DNA of 64,000 nucleotides. Source: Macrostomum lignano. Its lineage: Eukaryota. Made by a program: the position numbers and the translations under genes. Below the pieces are notes generated by a model. That model did no database searches and was not told where the DNA came from. It saw only the letters and a list, made by a program, of their open reading frames with translations. How positions within the stretch are numbered: position 1 is the first letter of the stretch; every line of letters begins with the position of its first letter. This document shows, in pieces, positions 14,575 through 56,218 of this stretch. The DNA lies in the NCBI GenBank assembly GCA_002269645.1, contig NIVC01000027.1:310001-374000 (forward strand), written 5' to 3'.

Positions 14575-17500
14575 TTAAGGACTGAACACACCAGGTAGTA
14601 ATAAAATTAAATGTCCAATGAAAAAACATAATATTGAATAGTGAAGCGTTGAAGCGTCTATTGAATAGAGCAGGTTTAGCGGAAGCATGAACACCTGCAG
14701 AAAGGCATGCCAGCTGTAGTCAGACATGCTTCTGTCAGCTTCGGTCGAGGTGACAACCGGATACAGCAGGTTGAAGAAGAAAACTCCGAACGAATAAAAT
14801 ATGATCACAATAATGACAGAGAAAGGAATCAAGTCCTGGATGATCAAAGTCTTGAGCATGGACACCACCGGACCGATTCGCTCTGAGTAGCCGAGGAAGG
14901 CGACAGATCGAAACCCCCAGAGCAGGAACGCGGTGCTCAGCACCATCTGGCAGGCGTAAGCGCTGTACGGAGTCGGCTGGGTCCACGTTCGATTAGCTGA
15001 CGCACCGCGGAAGAGTGCCTGGTAGGCCGTTGAGTTGGTATTGATGCACATCGAGGAGCTGTCCACCCCTGTGACATAGTTGAAGATGCAGCCCCACATG
15101 GCAAGCTTCAGCAGCAGCCCGGCCCACATCAATATCAAGGCGAAACAGTCGAGTAGGTTGAGCACATCCTTGAAGTTCACGGGGAATTTTTTTTATCTCA
15201 ATGCCACATATTTTGGCACGTCTTCTTTTGCTTCGAGTGCAGATGTCCAGAACTTCTTGCAAAGTAAATGAAAGAAGATAAGCTATCATGACTAAATCTG
15301 CAGGCCAGAACTTGAAAGTCGTAGGCAAATCCATTATCCTAGGCTTAACCGAGAATTTGCGTTTGCAGCAATTTTCGCGATAGCGGGAATAGGCGTTGCT
15401 CCACTCGGATTCAATCAGATTATGTAGGCAGTCGCTGGCAAACAGATCGCCATCGCCCGCTTCCTCAATCATTTCCATTAGGGTGTAGGGTTTAGTCGAG
15501 CCATTTTCCATTCGGCACGGAAACTTGGGACCAGTCGTCTCCCAATCATCGTCCCATAGCGAGCCAGTTATGTACTGGAACAAAAGTTGTCTTTCTTCCT
15601 CGTCAGCGTTTGAATACATTGCATCAAGAGCGTTCATGGCTACACTGATAACTTTGCTGTACAGTAGCTGAAGCTGTTCGGACTTGCCCTCCGATTTAGC
15701 GATTCTCGGCTGCAGCTGAATGAGCAGATTTATGCATGCAGGAATCAGGTTGAACTGCCGAGTGAGCACAAGATCGATAAGAATGTCTATCTTGTCAAGG
15801 CAGACAGCTGCATCGATTATTGATAATTCTGAAGTTTCGTTGAATGGAATTGTTAAAAACCTATCACAAACATTTCCTAGTTCATATTCATTGCTTATGT
15901 CAAAAAGCCGTTCTCTGTAAAATTCCGGAAAGTCTGCCTCGGTCTCTGCTGTGACCCGGCACAGTTTCAGTGCGCACCTGTAGATCTCTGGGGAGTCGGA
16001 CTTAATTGCTTTTATCAAGATACTCATACCGCTTCTTTCATTCGACTTGTTCTGCTCTTTGGCACTAAGATCTTCTGACGCAATTGACGCCTCAATAGAT
16101 GCCAGACACTCTTTAGCTTTTGTTCGACTTGGGAGCCTGAGAGCTCCAGTTCTTTTGTCTAGTAAATGAATGAAGTTAACGTCGGTAAGCGAACTCTGTC
16201 GTGTGATTTCTCTAGATCTTTCGCTAGCATTGTCGTCATAGTTGCTGTCGGCGTCTTCATCGCAATCTTCTTCATCAGGAAATACTGCATCAATGAGTTC
16301 ATCTAGTTTCTCGCTAGCGTCGGCAAAGTCAACACAAGACAAACCGGAGTCTGTTTCGTCAGACAATCGAAGACCCTGACTCATTAGGTATCTAATATTC
16401 TCTTGATTACCCGCCTTGCAGGCAAAGTGTAAGGCCGTTGCACCACTGCTGCGGTGCGCTTGAGTCACTGGGAGACGCAGTAGATCCTGAACTTGTTGAT
16501 TCGACAGTTTAGCGAGAGGTTCAGCAAGCTGCTTCAGGTCGTGCCTTGCAGCAAATACATGAACCGCATGCAAACCAGTTGGGCTAATGAGAAAGCTTCG
16601 AAGCATTTCTTGGCAGTGCTCGCTTAGTGCGGTGTACTGAGCCAGTTTCTTTGAGATGATGCGACTGTCCGCTGTGGCGGTGGCCAGGCAATTCTGTCCG
16701 AGATTTTTCTCTGCAAATTGATCGACACCAGCCTTGACGAGACTTTCTGCCGCCTTCCAGAACGCTTCCACATAATCTACGTCTCTGTTGGTCTGGAACA
16801 AGGAATGAAGCAGAGTATTCCCGTCGTTATCAACGTAATTAAGTGTCCATTCAGTTTTCAATCTCTTAATTTCTCCAAGTAGCGCGTCGATATTTCCATA
16901 GTGCTTCACAGCAAAGTGCAAAACGGACTGCTTTGAGCTGTTCCGCCAGGCAAGAAAATTCCAGCTTCCAAGATGATCTGCCAGGATCTGCAGCACCTTG
17001 CTACTCTCATTATTTGCGGCATCGTGTGCCATTGTATTTTTTTCTTTGTCTTGAAGCTTGACCAAACGTTCCAAATCTGAGCTTTCAATGGTCTCTAGAA
17101 GCGTCTTCAGAGTTGCAGGACTGCACATTTCTAAGGCTATGTGAAGCACGGTATTGCCAAAGTTGTTGTGCCATGTAAAATATGGATGTGGGGTTCGCGG
17201 TGGATGTTTTAATTTGTCTTGGTAGTCAAGAAATGTGGCCAGCGACATTTTATTAGAAGCTGCCTTGTGTAGCACAGTGTGCCTTCAAAGTCCTTCAGAT
17301 CTTCAAGACTTCTCTTATTGTTTAGTTTATACAGAAGCCACTTAGCGGTTTCTTCATTGCAATCAGTGGCAGCAATATGGAGTGGAGTCACCTTATCCGA
17401 CCCTAGAGAAGTCAAGTACTTCCAACTTGCGTCGCTTTCTAAAGCATCGATCGCTTTTTGAAGAAATAGTTTTCTCGGGTCACTGCTAATTGCCGCCCAG

Positions 17501-18260
17501 TGGATGCAAGTGTACTTGCGATTACTCTGCACCTCCGCACATCTTTTATGGCGTCTCGTAGTGCATTCAGACCGCGCCAATCTTCATCAAACAGTTGTTC
17601 AATGCCTTTCTCGGCATAACGCATAAAAATGTCGAGCACAGTGACATTGTCCTTCCTCCGCCACATTAGACAGTCTGGCACAGACTCGATGACCGTCTTG
17701 AAAATATCGCAACAATTTTCATTTCTAGCCGCGTAGTGCAAACAGGTTGCACCGTTTACATCAGTCATCTGAAGTTTCGAGTCAGACAGAGGCATCCCGA
17801 AGTTTGCCTTGAACTGCTTTTCACTGTGATGCCTGGCCGAAAGATGCATGGGCGTGCGACCAGATTTATCTGCTGCGTTTGACAATCCGCTGTAGTTTTG
17901 TAGGGCAATCAACTGTTGAAAAAGTTGCTCACCTTCTGCATCATTGGCCGCATAGTGCACGGCAGTTCTCTCAGTGTCTTTGACTTGGTTGATTTCGCTG
18001 TATTCTTCATCAAATTCTTTTTTATTTTCGGTGAGATGCTTTAAGGCTTTTTCAAATTCAAGATTTTTAGAATAATAGAAAAGCTTTTTATGCAATTCTT
18101 TAATTTTGGTCTTTCGATTGTCATCTTCTACTTGGTTACCATCGGTGGCGTCATTTATTTGATATACAGTTTTAGCGGTAGTACACGTCACGACATCGCG
18201 GACTTCTTCCTGTTCAGCTTCAATATCGTCCAATTCAACTCCCTCCAAATGGATGGACAT
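14575..18260 (-). pseudogene. Disrupted, intronless ankyrin-repeat TRP cation channel with a TRPM-like transmembrane region
   Basis: Four overlapping ORFs (17439-18308, 17209-17580, 14993-17275, 14575-15180) join into one protein; likely ATG at 18260 (MSIHLEG). At least 12 ankyrin-like repeats (RTAVHYAA, RTPMHLSA, ATCLHYAA, VTPLHIAA, NTVLHIAL, ATALHFAC and others). Membrane part: pre-S1 FASDCLHNLIESEW, S2 DLVMIAYLLSFTLQEV, S3 NLLDCFALILMW, S4-S5 RIGPVVSMLKTLIIQDLIPF...FGVFFFNLLYP, pore helix WHAFLQVFMLP. Frameshifts near 17530, 17280 and 15190; no S6. Confidence 0.85.
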
Positions 18261-18599
18261 CTCGTCGTCAACCAGCCCTATAGTGGTTTGAGAGCAAATT
18301 TGAAACAATTAACTTATCCACTACATGAATATACTAAGAATGGTTTGTCTAACTATAACTTACTAACTACAAGGTACATGTACATGTAACTAATACCTTT
18401 CCGCAAGAAAAAAAAACAAAAAAGCAAACAAAAAAAATCGATACGCGTTTGGCGGACAGCGGATTGTCGTTTGGCGGAAATATATAGCAATGTCCTACCA
18501 AAAGGAACAAGAAAGTTTTAGGATCTGCTGACGGCTAAGGGTTAGTTAGCTACGACTTCGCGGGGTTTTGCAGCGTTGGCTTGTACGCTATCGCACATG

Positions 18600-18845
18600 T
18601 AGCTTTAAGTCGTCTTGAGCACGCACACGCTTACAAAGGACATACGTCGGCACTAACCTTCTCATATAGTCGGGCAATGCACATGTAACGCTGTGTTTGC
18701 CTTGCGGCTTGGCCCCCATGGGCGAGAAATGAGAATAGCCCGAAACGACCCCAGGCCAGCTTCCGTATACGAGTTTCCGAGACGAGTCATTAAGCGAGAC
18801 ATTCACATTAAGCCGCAGGAATCGAACCCAGGCACTATTGCGAGA
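18600..18845 (-). mobile_element. 5'-truncated tRNA-related SINE-like copy (diverged relative of the 47555 and 58158 copies)
   Basis: Minus strand has B-box gggttcgattcc, followed by a body resembling caaggc...tacatg...gttagtgccg...gtgtgcg of the other copies. Confidence 0.5.
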
Positions 18846-20578
18846 GAATTAAACATGTAAAAATATGTACCTCTTGCTCATAGAGTACGTATTAACTTAC
18901 CCGAGCCAATTGACGAGCAATTTGAGAAGCGTTTACGATAGCTACTTTGATGTCAGAATCGCTTGCAAGTGAGCACAATCCAGCTTCTATACCTATTCTT
19001 TCTATTCTTTGGCGGACCTTTGCGCTGTCTATTTATAATGTTTCTTTAAGAAGCGCCGCAGGCTTTGTAAACAGGTTTTGTAAACCATAAATCGTGCCCT
19101 AAGAAGCCCTGTGCCAGTTCGGCTTGTCTAGTTTAGAAGTCCTCCGCCACAACACAATGCAAACTTTTGAGCTGACGCAAAAGATGCTCAAAACAACAAA
19201 CTTATTGTAGGGCTATTCTATAAATACAGATTACATTGAAGGGCGATTTTGACTATGACTGATGATACAATAAATCAGCCGACTGACTCTCAAGCAGACA
19301 TCGAGGAGCAAAATGACATGCATTTGCTGATTTAAAATTGTAGCGGCTAGCGACCCTCCGCAAATGAGGAACAAACTTAAACACGCAGTTTTTACATTTT
19401 TATACGGTTGATGCGGAGAGAAACAAAGCGGAACAGTTATTGTACACCCGCGCCAGTGTGCCACAGTTGCACAGAAACAGGTGTATTCACTCACCTGGCA
19501 TGTCCTTAATGCTGAATCACGTTTAATTAGTAATAACCAAATTTTATATAATGATTAAGCGAGCTACATAAATTGAACCACCTAAAGGCACTCAGCCGTA
19601 CACAGATTAAAAAAACAATACAAGTACGTTAATAAACTTATGAAAAACACAGTGCACGAGTCTTACAGTGGCTTTGAAGTACATTTTATTACTATTAGTA
19701 GTTGTTAAAAAACACAAACAAGCAACGCAAGACGCGGCCAGCTCGCACACGCGTCCTAAAAGGGCATACAAAGCTAAAAAAAGTTCTAGAAGCGACTGGA
19801 CAAATGACACTACAGCGGATGACGGAGCAGCCACAAGAAAACATGATGACAAAAAGCAAAAACAGATGACTGACGGAAGCGGAGAACCTCAGGGCTCTCT
19901 TCAATTTGAAAAAAACATAACAAACAAAAAATTTAAAGCGAAATAACAAAACGAGAATTTATTTTACTCAAATAAAATTTATTCGAAACTACTTACACGA
20001 CCGAATTATACGCAGTAGACTACTGATCAGCCGCGGCAGTAGAGCGTTGCAAACATTATAGTCTTAAAACAAGAAAATTACACGAAAGAAGCAAAAACAG
20101 CCGTTTGTTTATTTATTAGCCAGCTAGCGCGGGAAAAAACTAAAAGACGAAACAATGGGAACGGAAAATTAATTAATAAGGGTCCATTGAACCATACTTG
20201 AATTTTGTAAACTTTCACACAAAATAGATTCTAAACCAAGCATTTCTAGATATGCCTAGTGCCACCACAAGCCTACCACAATCAATGCTTGCATAAAAAA
20301 TCATCTCAAAACACACTTTTAAAGACAGAAAATTTCGGGGGGGGACCTCAATCGAGCGAAAATAGACAATTGCAGAAATCACAGCCATTATTTTTAGTGT
20401 TAGTTTTTATAGGGCAATGTTAATTTCAAAAAAATATTAATAAAGCAGTGCTGCATAGCCGAGTGAAGCGTGAACAGGATCTAAAAAATTGAGAGAAATG
20501 GTCATTCTGTTTACAAAGTGCTACAATTCGAAACCAAGAACTGAAACCTAAAAATGACTCACTTGATTAGCTAAATTA

Positions 20579-20729
20579 TTAGGTTGGCTGCTGCTGATGC
20601 TGCCTGGATTGTTGGTACTGCAGCAGGTGCTGGGCATCCATCAGGTCCGAGTCCAGGCTGCGCACCACCTGCGGGTTTGAGAGCGAGTTTAAGGGTACCT
20701 TGGGCGGGGGGGGAGACTTCAGGTGCGCG
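20579..20729 (-). CDS. Putative terminal coding exon of scribble (AHLKSPPPPKVPLNSLSNPQVVRSLDSDLMDAQHLLQYQQSRQHQQQPT*)
   Basis: GC-rich, protein-like open frame with gtcag acceptor and TAA at 20579-20581. It needs a phase-2 upstream intron; I could not resolve the linking exon(s) near 23.36-23.5 kb. Confidence 0.4.
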
Positions 20730-20746
20730 CTGACGTATCCTCGTGA

Positions 20747-23011
20747 ATCCTTCAGGTGAGCCACCCCTCCCTGATCCTTCAGGTGAGCCACCCCTCCCTG
20801 ATCCTTCAGGTGAGCCACCCCTCCCTGATCCTTCAGGTGAGCCACCCCTCCCTGATCCTTCAGGTGAGCCACCCCTCCCTGATCCTTCAGGTGAGTCACC
20901 CCTCCCTGATCCTTCAGGTGAGCCACCCTCCCTGATCCTTCAGGTGAGCAACCCCTCCCTGATCCTTTAGGTGAGTCACCCCTCCCTGATCCTTCAGGTG
21001 AGCCACCCTCCCTGATCCTTCAGGTGAGCAACCCCTCCCTGATCCTTTAGGTGAGTCACCCCTCCCTGATCCTTCAGGTGAGCAACCCCTCCCTGATCCT
21101 TTAGGTGAGTCACCCCTCCCTGATCCTTCAGGTGAGCCACCCCTCCCTGATTTTTCAGGTGAGCCACCCCTCCCTGATCCTTCAGGTGAGCAACCCCTCC
21201 CTGATCCTTTAGGTGAGTCACCCCTCCCTGATCCTTCAGGTGAGCAACCCCTCCCTGATCCTTCAGGTGAGCAACCCCTCCCTGATCCTTCAGGTGAGCC
21301 ACCCCTCCCTGATTTTTTTAGGTGAGTCACCCCTCCCTGATCCTTCAGGTGAGCAACCCCTCCCTGATCCTTTAGGTGAGTCACCCCTCCCTGATCCTTC
21401 AGGTGAGCCACCCTCCCTGATCCTTCAGGTGAGCAACCCCTCCCTGATCCTTTAGGTGAGTCACCCCTCCCTGATCCTTCAGGTGAGCCACCCTCCCTGA
21501 TCCTTCAGGTGAGCAACCCCTCCCTGATCCTTTAGGTGAGTCACCCCTCCCTGATCCTTCAGGTGAGCCACCCCTCCCTGACCCTTTAGGTGAGCCACCC
21601 CTCCCTGATCCTTCAGGTGAGCAACCCCTCCCTGATCCTTTAGGTGAGGCACCCCTCCCTGATCCTTCAGGTGAGCAACCCCTCCCTGATCCTTTAGGTG
21701 AGTCACCCCTCCCTGATCCTTCAGGTGAGCCACCCCTCCCTGATTTTTCAGGTGAGCCACCCTCCCTGATCCTTCAGGTGAGCCACCCCTCCCTGATCCT
21801 TTAGGTGAGTCACCCCTCCCTGATCCTTCAGGTGAGCAACCCCTCCCTGATCCTTTAGGTGAGTCACCCCTCCCTGATCCTTCAGGTGAGCCACCCCTCC
21901 CTGATTTTTCAGGTGAGCCACCCCTCCCTGATCCTTCAGGTGAGCCACCCCTCCCTGATCCTTTAGGTGAGTCACCCCTCCCTGATCCTTCAGGTGAGCA
22001 ACCCCTCCCTGATCCTTCAGGTGAGCCACCCCTCCCTGATCCTTCAGGTGAGTCACCCCTCCCTGATCCTTCAGGTGAGCCACCCCTCCCTGACCCTTTA
22101 GGTGAGCAACCCCTCCCTGATCCTTTAGGTGAGTCACCCCTCCCTGATCCTTCAGGTGAGCAACCCCTCCCTGATCCTTTAGGTGAGTCACCCCTCCCTG
22201 ATCCTTCAGGTGAGCCACCCCTCCCTGACCCTTTAGGTGAGCCACCCCTCCCTGATCCTTCAGGTGAGCAACCCCTCCCTGATCCTTTAGGTGAGCCACC
22301 CCTCCCTGATCCTTCAGGTGAGCCACCCCTCCCAGATTTTTCAGGTGAGCCACCCTCCCTGATCCTTCAGGTGAGCCACCCCTCCCTGATCCTTTAGGTG
22401 AGTCACCCCTCCCTGATCCTTCAGGTGAGCCACCCCTCCCTGATCCTTTAGGTGAGTCACCCCTCCCTGATCCTTCAGGTGAGCCACCCCTCCCTGATTT
22501 TTCAGGTGAGCCACCCCTCCCTGATCCTTCAGGTGAGCCACCCCTCCCTGATCCTTTAGGTGAGTCACCCCTCCCTGATCCTTCAGGTGAGCAACCCCTC
22601 CCTGATCCTTCAGGTGAGCCACCCCTCCCTGATTTTTTAGGTGAGTCAGCCCTCCCTGATCCTTCAGGTGAGCAACCCCTCCCTGATCCTTTAGGTGAGT
22701 CACCCCTCCCTGATCCTTCAGGTGAGCCACCCTCCCTGATCCTTCAGGTGAGCAACCCCTCCCTGATCCTTTAGGTGAGTCACCCCTCCCTGATCCTTCA
22801 GGTGAGCCACCCTCCCTGATCCTTCAGGTGAGCAACCCCTCCCTGATCCTTTAGGTGAGTCACCCCTCCCTGATCCTTCAGGTGAGCCACCCCTCCCTGA
22901 CCCTTTAGGTGAGCCACCCCTCCCTGATCCTTCAGGTGAGCAACCCCTCCCTGATCCTTCAGGTGAGCCACCCCTCCCTGATCCTTCAGGTGAGCCACCC
23001 TCCCTGATCCT
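20747..23011. repeat. 27-bp minisatellite (gatccttcaggtgagccacccctccct), ~84 variant units
   Basis: Direct reading; source of the HLKDQGGVA pseudo-ORFs. Confidence 0.97.
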
Positions 23012-23554
23012 CCACTGGGTCCTTAAACAAATGTAAAATATGCATTTCCCTCGGATTTATTAAGACCGGAAATGCCTGCAATACATGAGACAAAGTTTCA
23101 GTCAGTGAGGCTGTCTCAGCAACTACGATAGGCTGATATTGGCACGAATAAAGCTTATCTGTTTGATATCTGTGCTCTTAAAGCAAAAGAATTATTGATT
23201 ATTAGTTATGCTGCTAGATGCTGCTAGCAAATCAAGAAGCATACATAATTTAAAAAGAAAGGTATACGATAATTAGATGAATAAACTGGAACTAGGTGCG
23301 TAATTCGAATTGGTAATGCAAATGCAAATATAATTGAATTTGAAAAATTTCATTGAAAACTACTTAAAAATCCATCTGGGATGAAGCATTGCTTGTCGGA
23401 TGCTGGAATAAATGAAATGTTTAGCAATACTTCATTAAGCTTCTTATCTGGCTATTTTTACCACTGAGCAACAGATGAAGCCTCTTGCAACATCCTAGCG
23501 GGGAATTCCTTTTTCAAAAAATCCATAATGGAGCATTTTTCAGAAACAACCTAA

Positions 23555-23965
23555 ATTGGGAATTCCTTTACCAATCAATAATAGGGAATTTCTTAGCAAG
23601 AACCCACAATGGGAATTCCTTTTGCCACAAGTCATAATGGGGAATTCATTAGCAACAACCCCTAATGGGGAATCCTTATCTAACAACCCATAATGGGGAA
23701 TTCCTTAGCAACAACCCATAATGGGGAATCCTTATCTAACAACCCATAATGGGGAATTCCTTAGCAACAACCCATAATGGGGAATCCTTATCTAACAACC
23801 CATAATGGGGAATTCATTAGCAACAACCCCTAATGGGGAATCCTTATCTAACAACCCATGGGGAATTCCCTAGCAATAACAAATAATGGGGAATTCCTTA
23901 GCAATAACCCATAATGGGGAATTCCTTAGCAATAACCCATAATGGGGAATTCATTAGCAACAGCC
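23555..23965. repeat. ~28-bp minisatellite (ccataatggggaattccttagcaacaac)
   Basis: Direct reading. Confidence 0.9.
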
Positions 23966-24328
23966 ATAGAAACATCAGCATCAATTAGATATGCTTTCTT
24001 ATCAATGATGTTTTAAATAAATAAACTAACTTTCTATAAAGAAGCGCCTCAACATTTCGACAGTCATAATGAGAATTGAAACCAGATCGGATACAATTCG
24101 CAAGCTCAACACCGATTAATTATAAACAAGGTAAAGAAGGAATAAATAAAAACAATCATAAAGCCAGGTGTTTCAAGGTTTGGATGTCTCAACGACTCTC
24201 AATCATATAAATATATGTATACATATGTATAAAGCAGGTAAAACCGCTGCAATTATAAAGATTTCATCCGCGAAAGAAAAATAAATAAATGATGATATTT
24301 TGCAGGTATTCGGACTCTAATTAGGTAC

Positions 24329-53607
<29,279 letters not shown>

Positions 53608-54579
53608 GTTTTTATGATCTTAGATGGCTTCTCAAGAAAAACTTACATAAATATTGAGATTAAATAGAAATTTTGCTTGCTAAATGGTGACTAATTTAGT
53701 ATTTTCCGTACTGTAGGCCTACAACTACGATGCTTCTGCTTATTTTGAAATAATTAGCAACGACAAACACAAGAAAATTAAGTCAAGGACAGGGCAATAG
53801 AAAAGTAAATTTCTTGTGAAAAGCTATTTAGAGATAAGTTTAATATGAATCATTTGATTCAAAGGCTGACTCATGACTAAATTGTGCAATCTGATTTTAC
53901 TCAATATAAAGCGCTTGCGTTGCCGCACGACGCTAAAACTGATTCAACTTGGGCTTCTTCTACAGCTCTCGCCCGAGGTCAGTCTTCTCTTCCGCAAATT
54001 AAATTTCAATATTCATTGTTCCTGTAAAATATTGGTTCTTAAATGCGTAGCTTAACAAAAAATAATTACTAAATTACATATCTTGACTAAAGAAAAGAAG
54101 TATAAAGCATTCCATAATTTATAGAAAAATAATGCTTATAAAAAATGTGTGTAAACTTTTATTTGGATTTTTTTAAAAGTGCACCTATAACTGTATGCGG
54201 AAGTAAACGCCCCTTACAATCTTGGGCCAGGCCAAATGTATGAAAAAGTCGATTCTAGGAAGCACTTGACTCAAAGCATTCAGTATGTATACATACATAA
54301 AAATCAGTACTAGCTATAGTCGATTTAAGCCCAAAAGCTACGGACTTAATCCGAATTATATATATATGCGAATGCATGTATGTACATGTATAGCCGTCCA
54401 AATTACGTGTACGTAATGTACATATGTAGTGCATGTAGCAAGGGCGCAATGGATTTTCTTTAAGTGGTTTACAGAACAAAACAGAAAATGCTAAACGAAA
54501 CTCCCTATATTATTTTCAGGCATCATTATTTTAGTACTGATTTTTTGGTGCCCGCGAATATAAAACGGGAGTACGTCGT

Positions 54580-55200
54580 TTGCTTGCGGGAAGTTTGCTT
54601 GCCGAACTTTGCTTGCAGGAACTTTGCCTGCCGAACTTTGCTATTTCATCTGGAAATTTGCTTGCCGAACTTTGGGTATCCGAGCGTTGGGTATCCTTAC
54701 GAGTCATGATATGTAGCAATTCATAGATCGGTGGCACATTCATTTGCAAAAAATCTATTCTGTAAAGTTCGCTGCCTAAATCATTCGATATGTGTATTGT
54801 TCGAAATTGTGTCCAATTTTTTGTTGAAAATCTATATTCCCAGTAAAAAACTAAATTATTCCGTTTCTGTGTTAGGGCTTATCAAATCCGCCATATCCTC
54901 ATGCAAAATCATAACACTATAGGCGACTTCCATGAATCTTAGAAAATGAAAATTAGAAACACGCAAGAGCTCAAAAAGGTTCTTTAAGGTTCCGCAAGAA
55001 AAATTTGGCTGGCAAATCTCGGCAAGCAAAATTTCGGCAAGCAAAGTTCCTGCAAGCAAAGTTCCGCAAGCAAAGTTCGGCAAGCAGACTTCCGCAAGCG
55101 AAATTCCGCAAGCAAAGTTCGGAAAGCAAAGTTCGGCAAGCAAAGTTCCTGCAAGCGAAATTCCGCAAGCAAAGTTCGGCAAGCAAAGTTCGGCAAGCAG
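54580..55200. mobile_element. Foldback-like remnant with inverted arms made of ~13-bp subrepeats
   Basis: Left arm (54580-54675) ttgcttgccgaactttgc repeats; right arm (55005-55200) gcaaagttcggcaagcaa repeats, the reverse complement. Confidence 0.65.
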
Positions 55201-55398
55201 ACTTGTGTTTGAGCATGTCTTTCGAAAAATTCAGCGTATCTTAAAAAGGTCGCGTGCTGCTGAAATCTGACAACTGTTCGTGTTGGTTTCACTTTACACT
55301 TTGCTCAAAGATTGGGCTCAGAGAAAAGAAGGTTTGTAGGAAAAACAGCTAGATCGCCTATCTTTAATCATCAGCTAGCTTTGCGTGGCAGCTGACCT

Positions 55399-55575
55399 TG
55401 AGTCACGCCACAGCAGCGTGACAGGGTTACCTTATTTGGAAGTTGGCCTTGGATCACGCATCGCTCGCATGATTCAGAGGACCAAATAAGGAAGTTTCAC
55501 GCGCTCACTGCATGAAACTCACGTGACTTTTGGGGGTCCGCTCGGCTATAAATACAGAGCATCTGCGAGCCATTT
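55399..55575 (+). promoter_or_regulatory. Compact Pol II promoter-like module (AP-1, two CArG, E-box, TATA)
   Basis: tgagtca 55399-55405; ccttatttgg 55430-55439; ccaaataagg 55482-55491; cacgtg 55520-55525; tataaata 55547-55554. Confidence 0.5.
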
Positions 55576-56218
55576 TTTCTCCAGATCGTGGAGCAGCGCG
55601 GAGCAGCGCGGAGCCTCGCGTCGTCCTGCCTGGCCTCGTCCGGAGCTGCCTCTCTGCCTCCGAGCTCTCCTCTCTCATTTCAGGGTTTTCAGGTTTTCAG
55701 GTTCGAGCAGCATCTACTAGAACGATCAACTGTCGAGACATTTTCAGATTTGCCTTTGCTCCGAGAGACTTCGTTATTTTATTTCAGGTGAGGGATAGAC
55801 AACTCTGCCGACGCGTCGAGTCCGCACACCAAGGTGGCAGCGACCCTACCAAGTCTAAGGCTAACGTTTTAGGTTCTTTTTCAGGCAAATCGATAGGTAG
55901 TACAACGGTACTATCTAGCTACTTCCGGAGCAGCGAGTTGTACTTTAGGAACATCTTCAAGAACTCGGCAAGGAGCAACACAATATTTTATTCAGCACGT
56001 GTATTGGTTTAGGCACAGTAAATATAAACATAATGTACCGGGATACTGACCAGCAGTTCCTCTCATCTAGTGTCTCAAAGGCTTAGTACAACATACATGT
56101 AGGGACTATAGCACATCGTTACTAGAGGATAGGGACTTTAGCTTCTATCCGGCCCTCGGGTTCTTTGAAACTTCATTGTAACAATCAGACCTGCTCAAGG
56201 TCTGTGTCTTATAGCGCT

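Noticed and set aside
14735-14986. Separate 83-aa ORF
   Set aside because: Alternative frame overlapping the TRP transmembrane region.
19231-19949. Short ORFs upstream of the TRP copy
   Set aside because: Low-complexity, overlapping on both strands, stop-interrupted, no recognisable domain.
20743-22998. HLKDQGGVA / PDPSGEPPL ORFs
   Set aside because: Translations of a 27-bp minisatellite, broken by 26-bp units.
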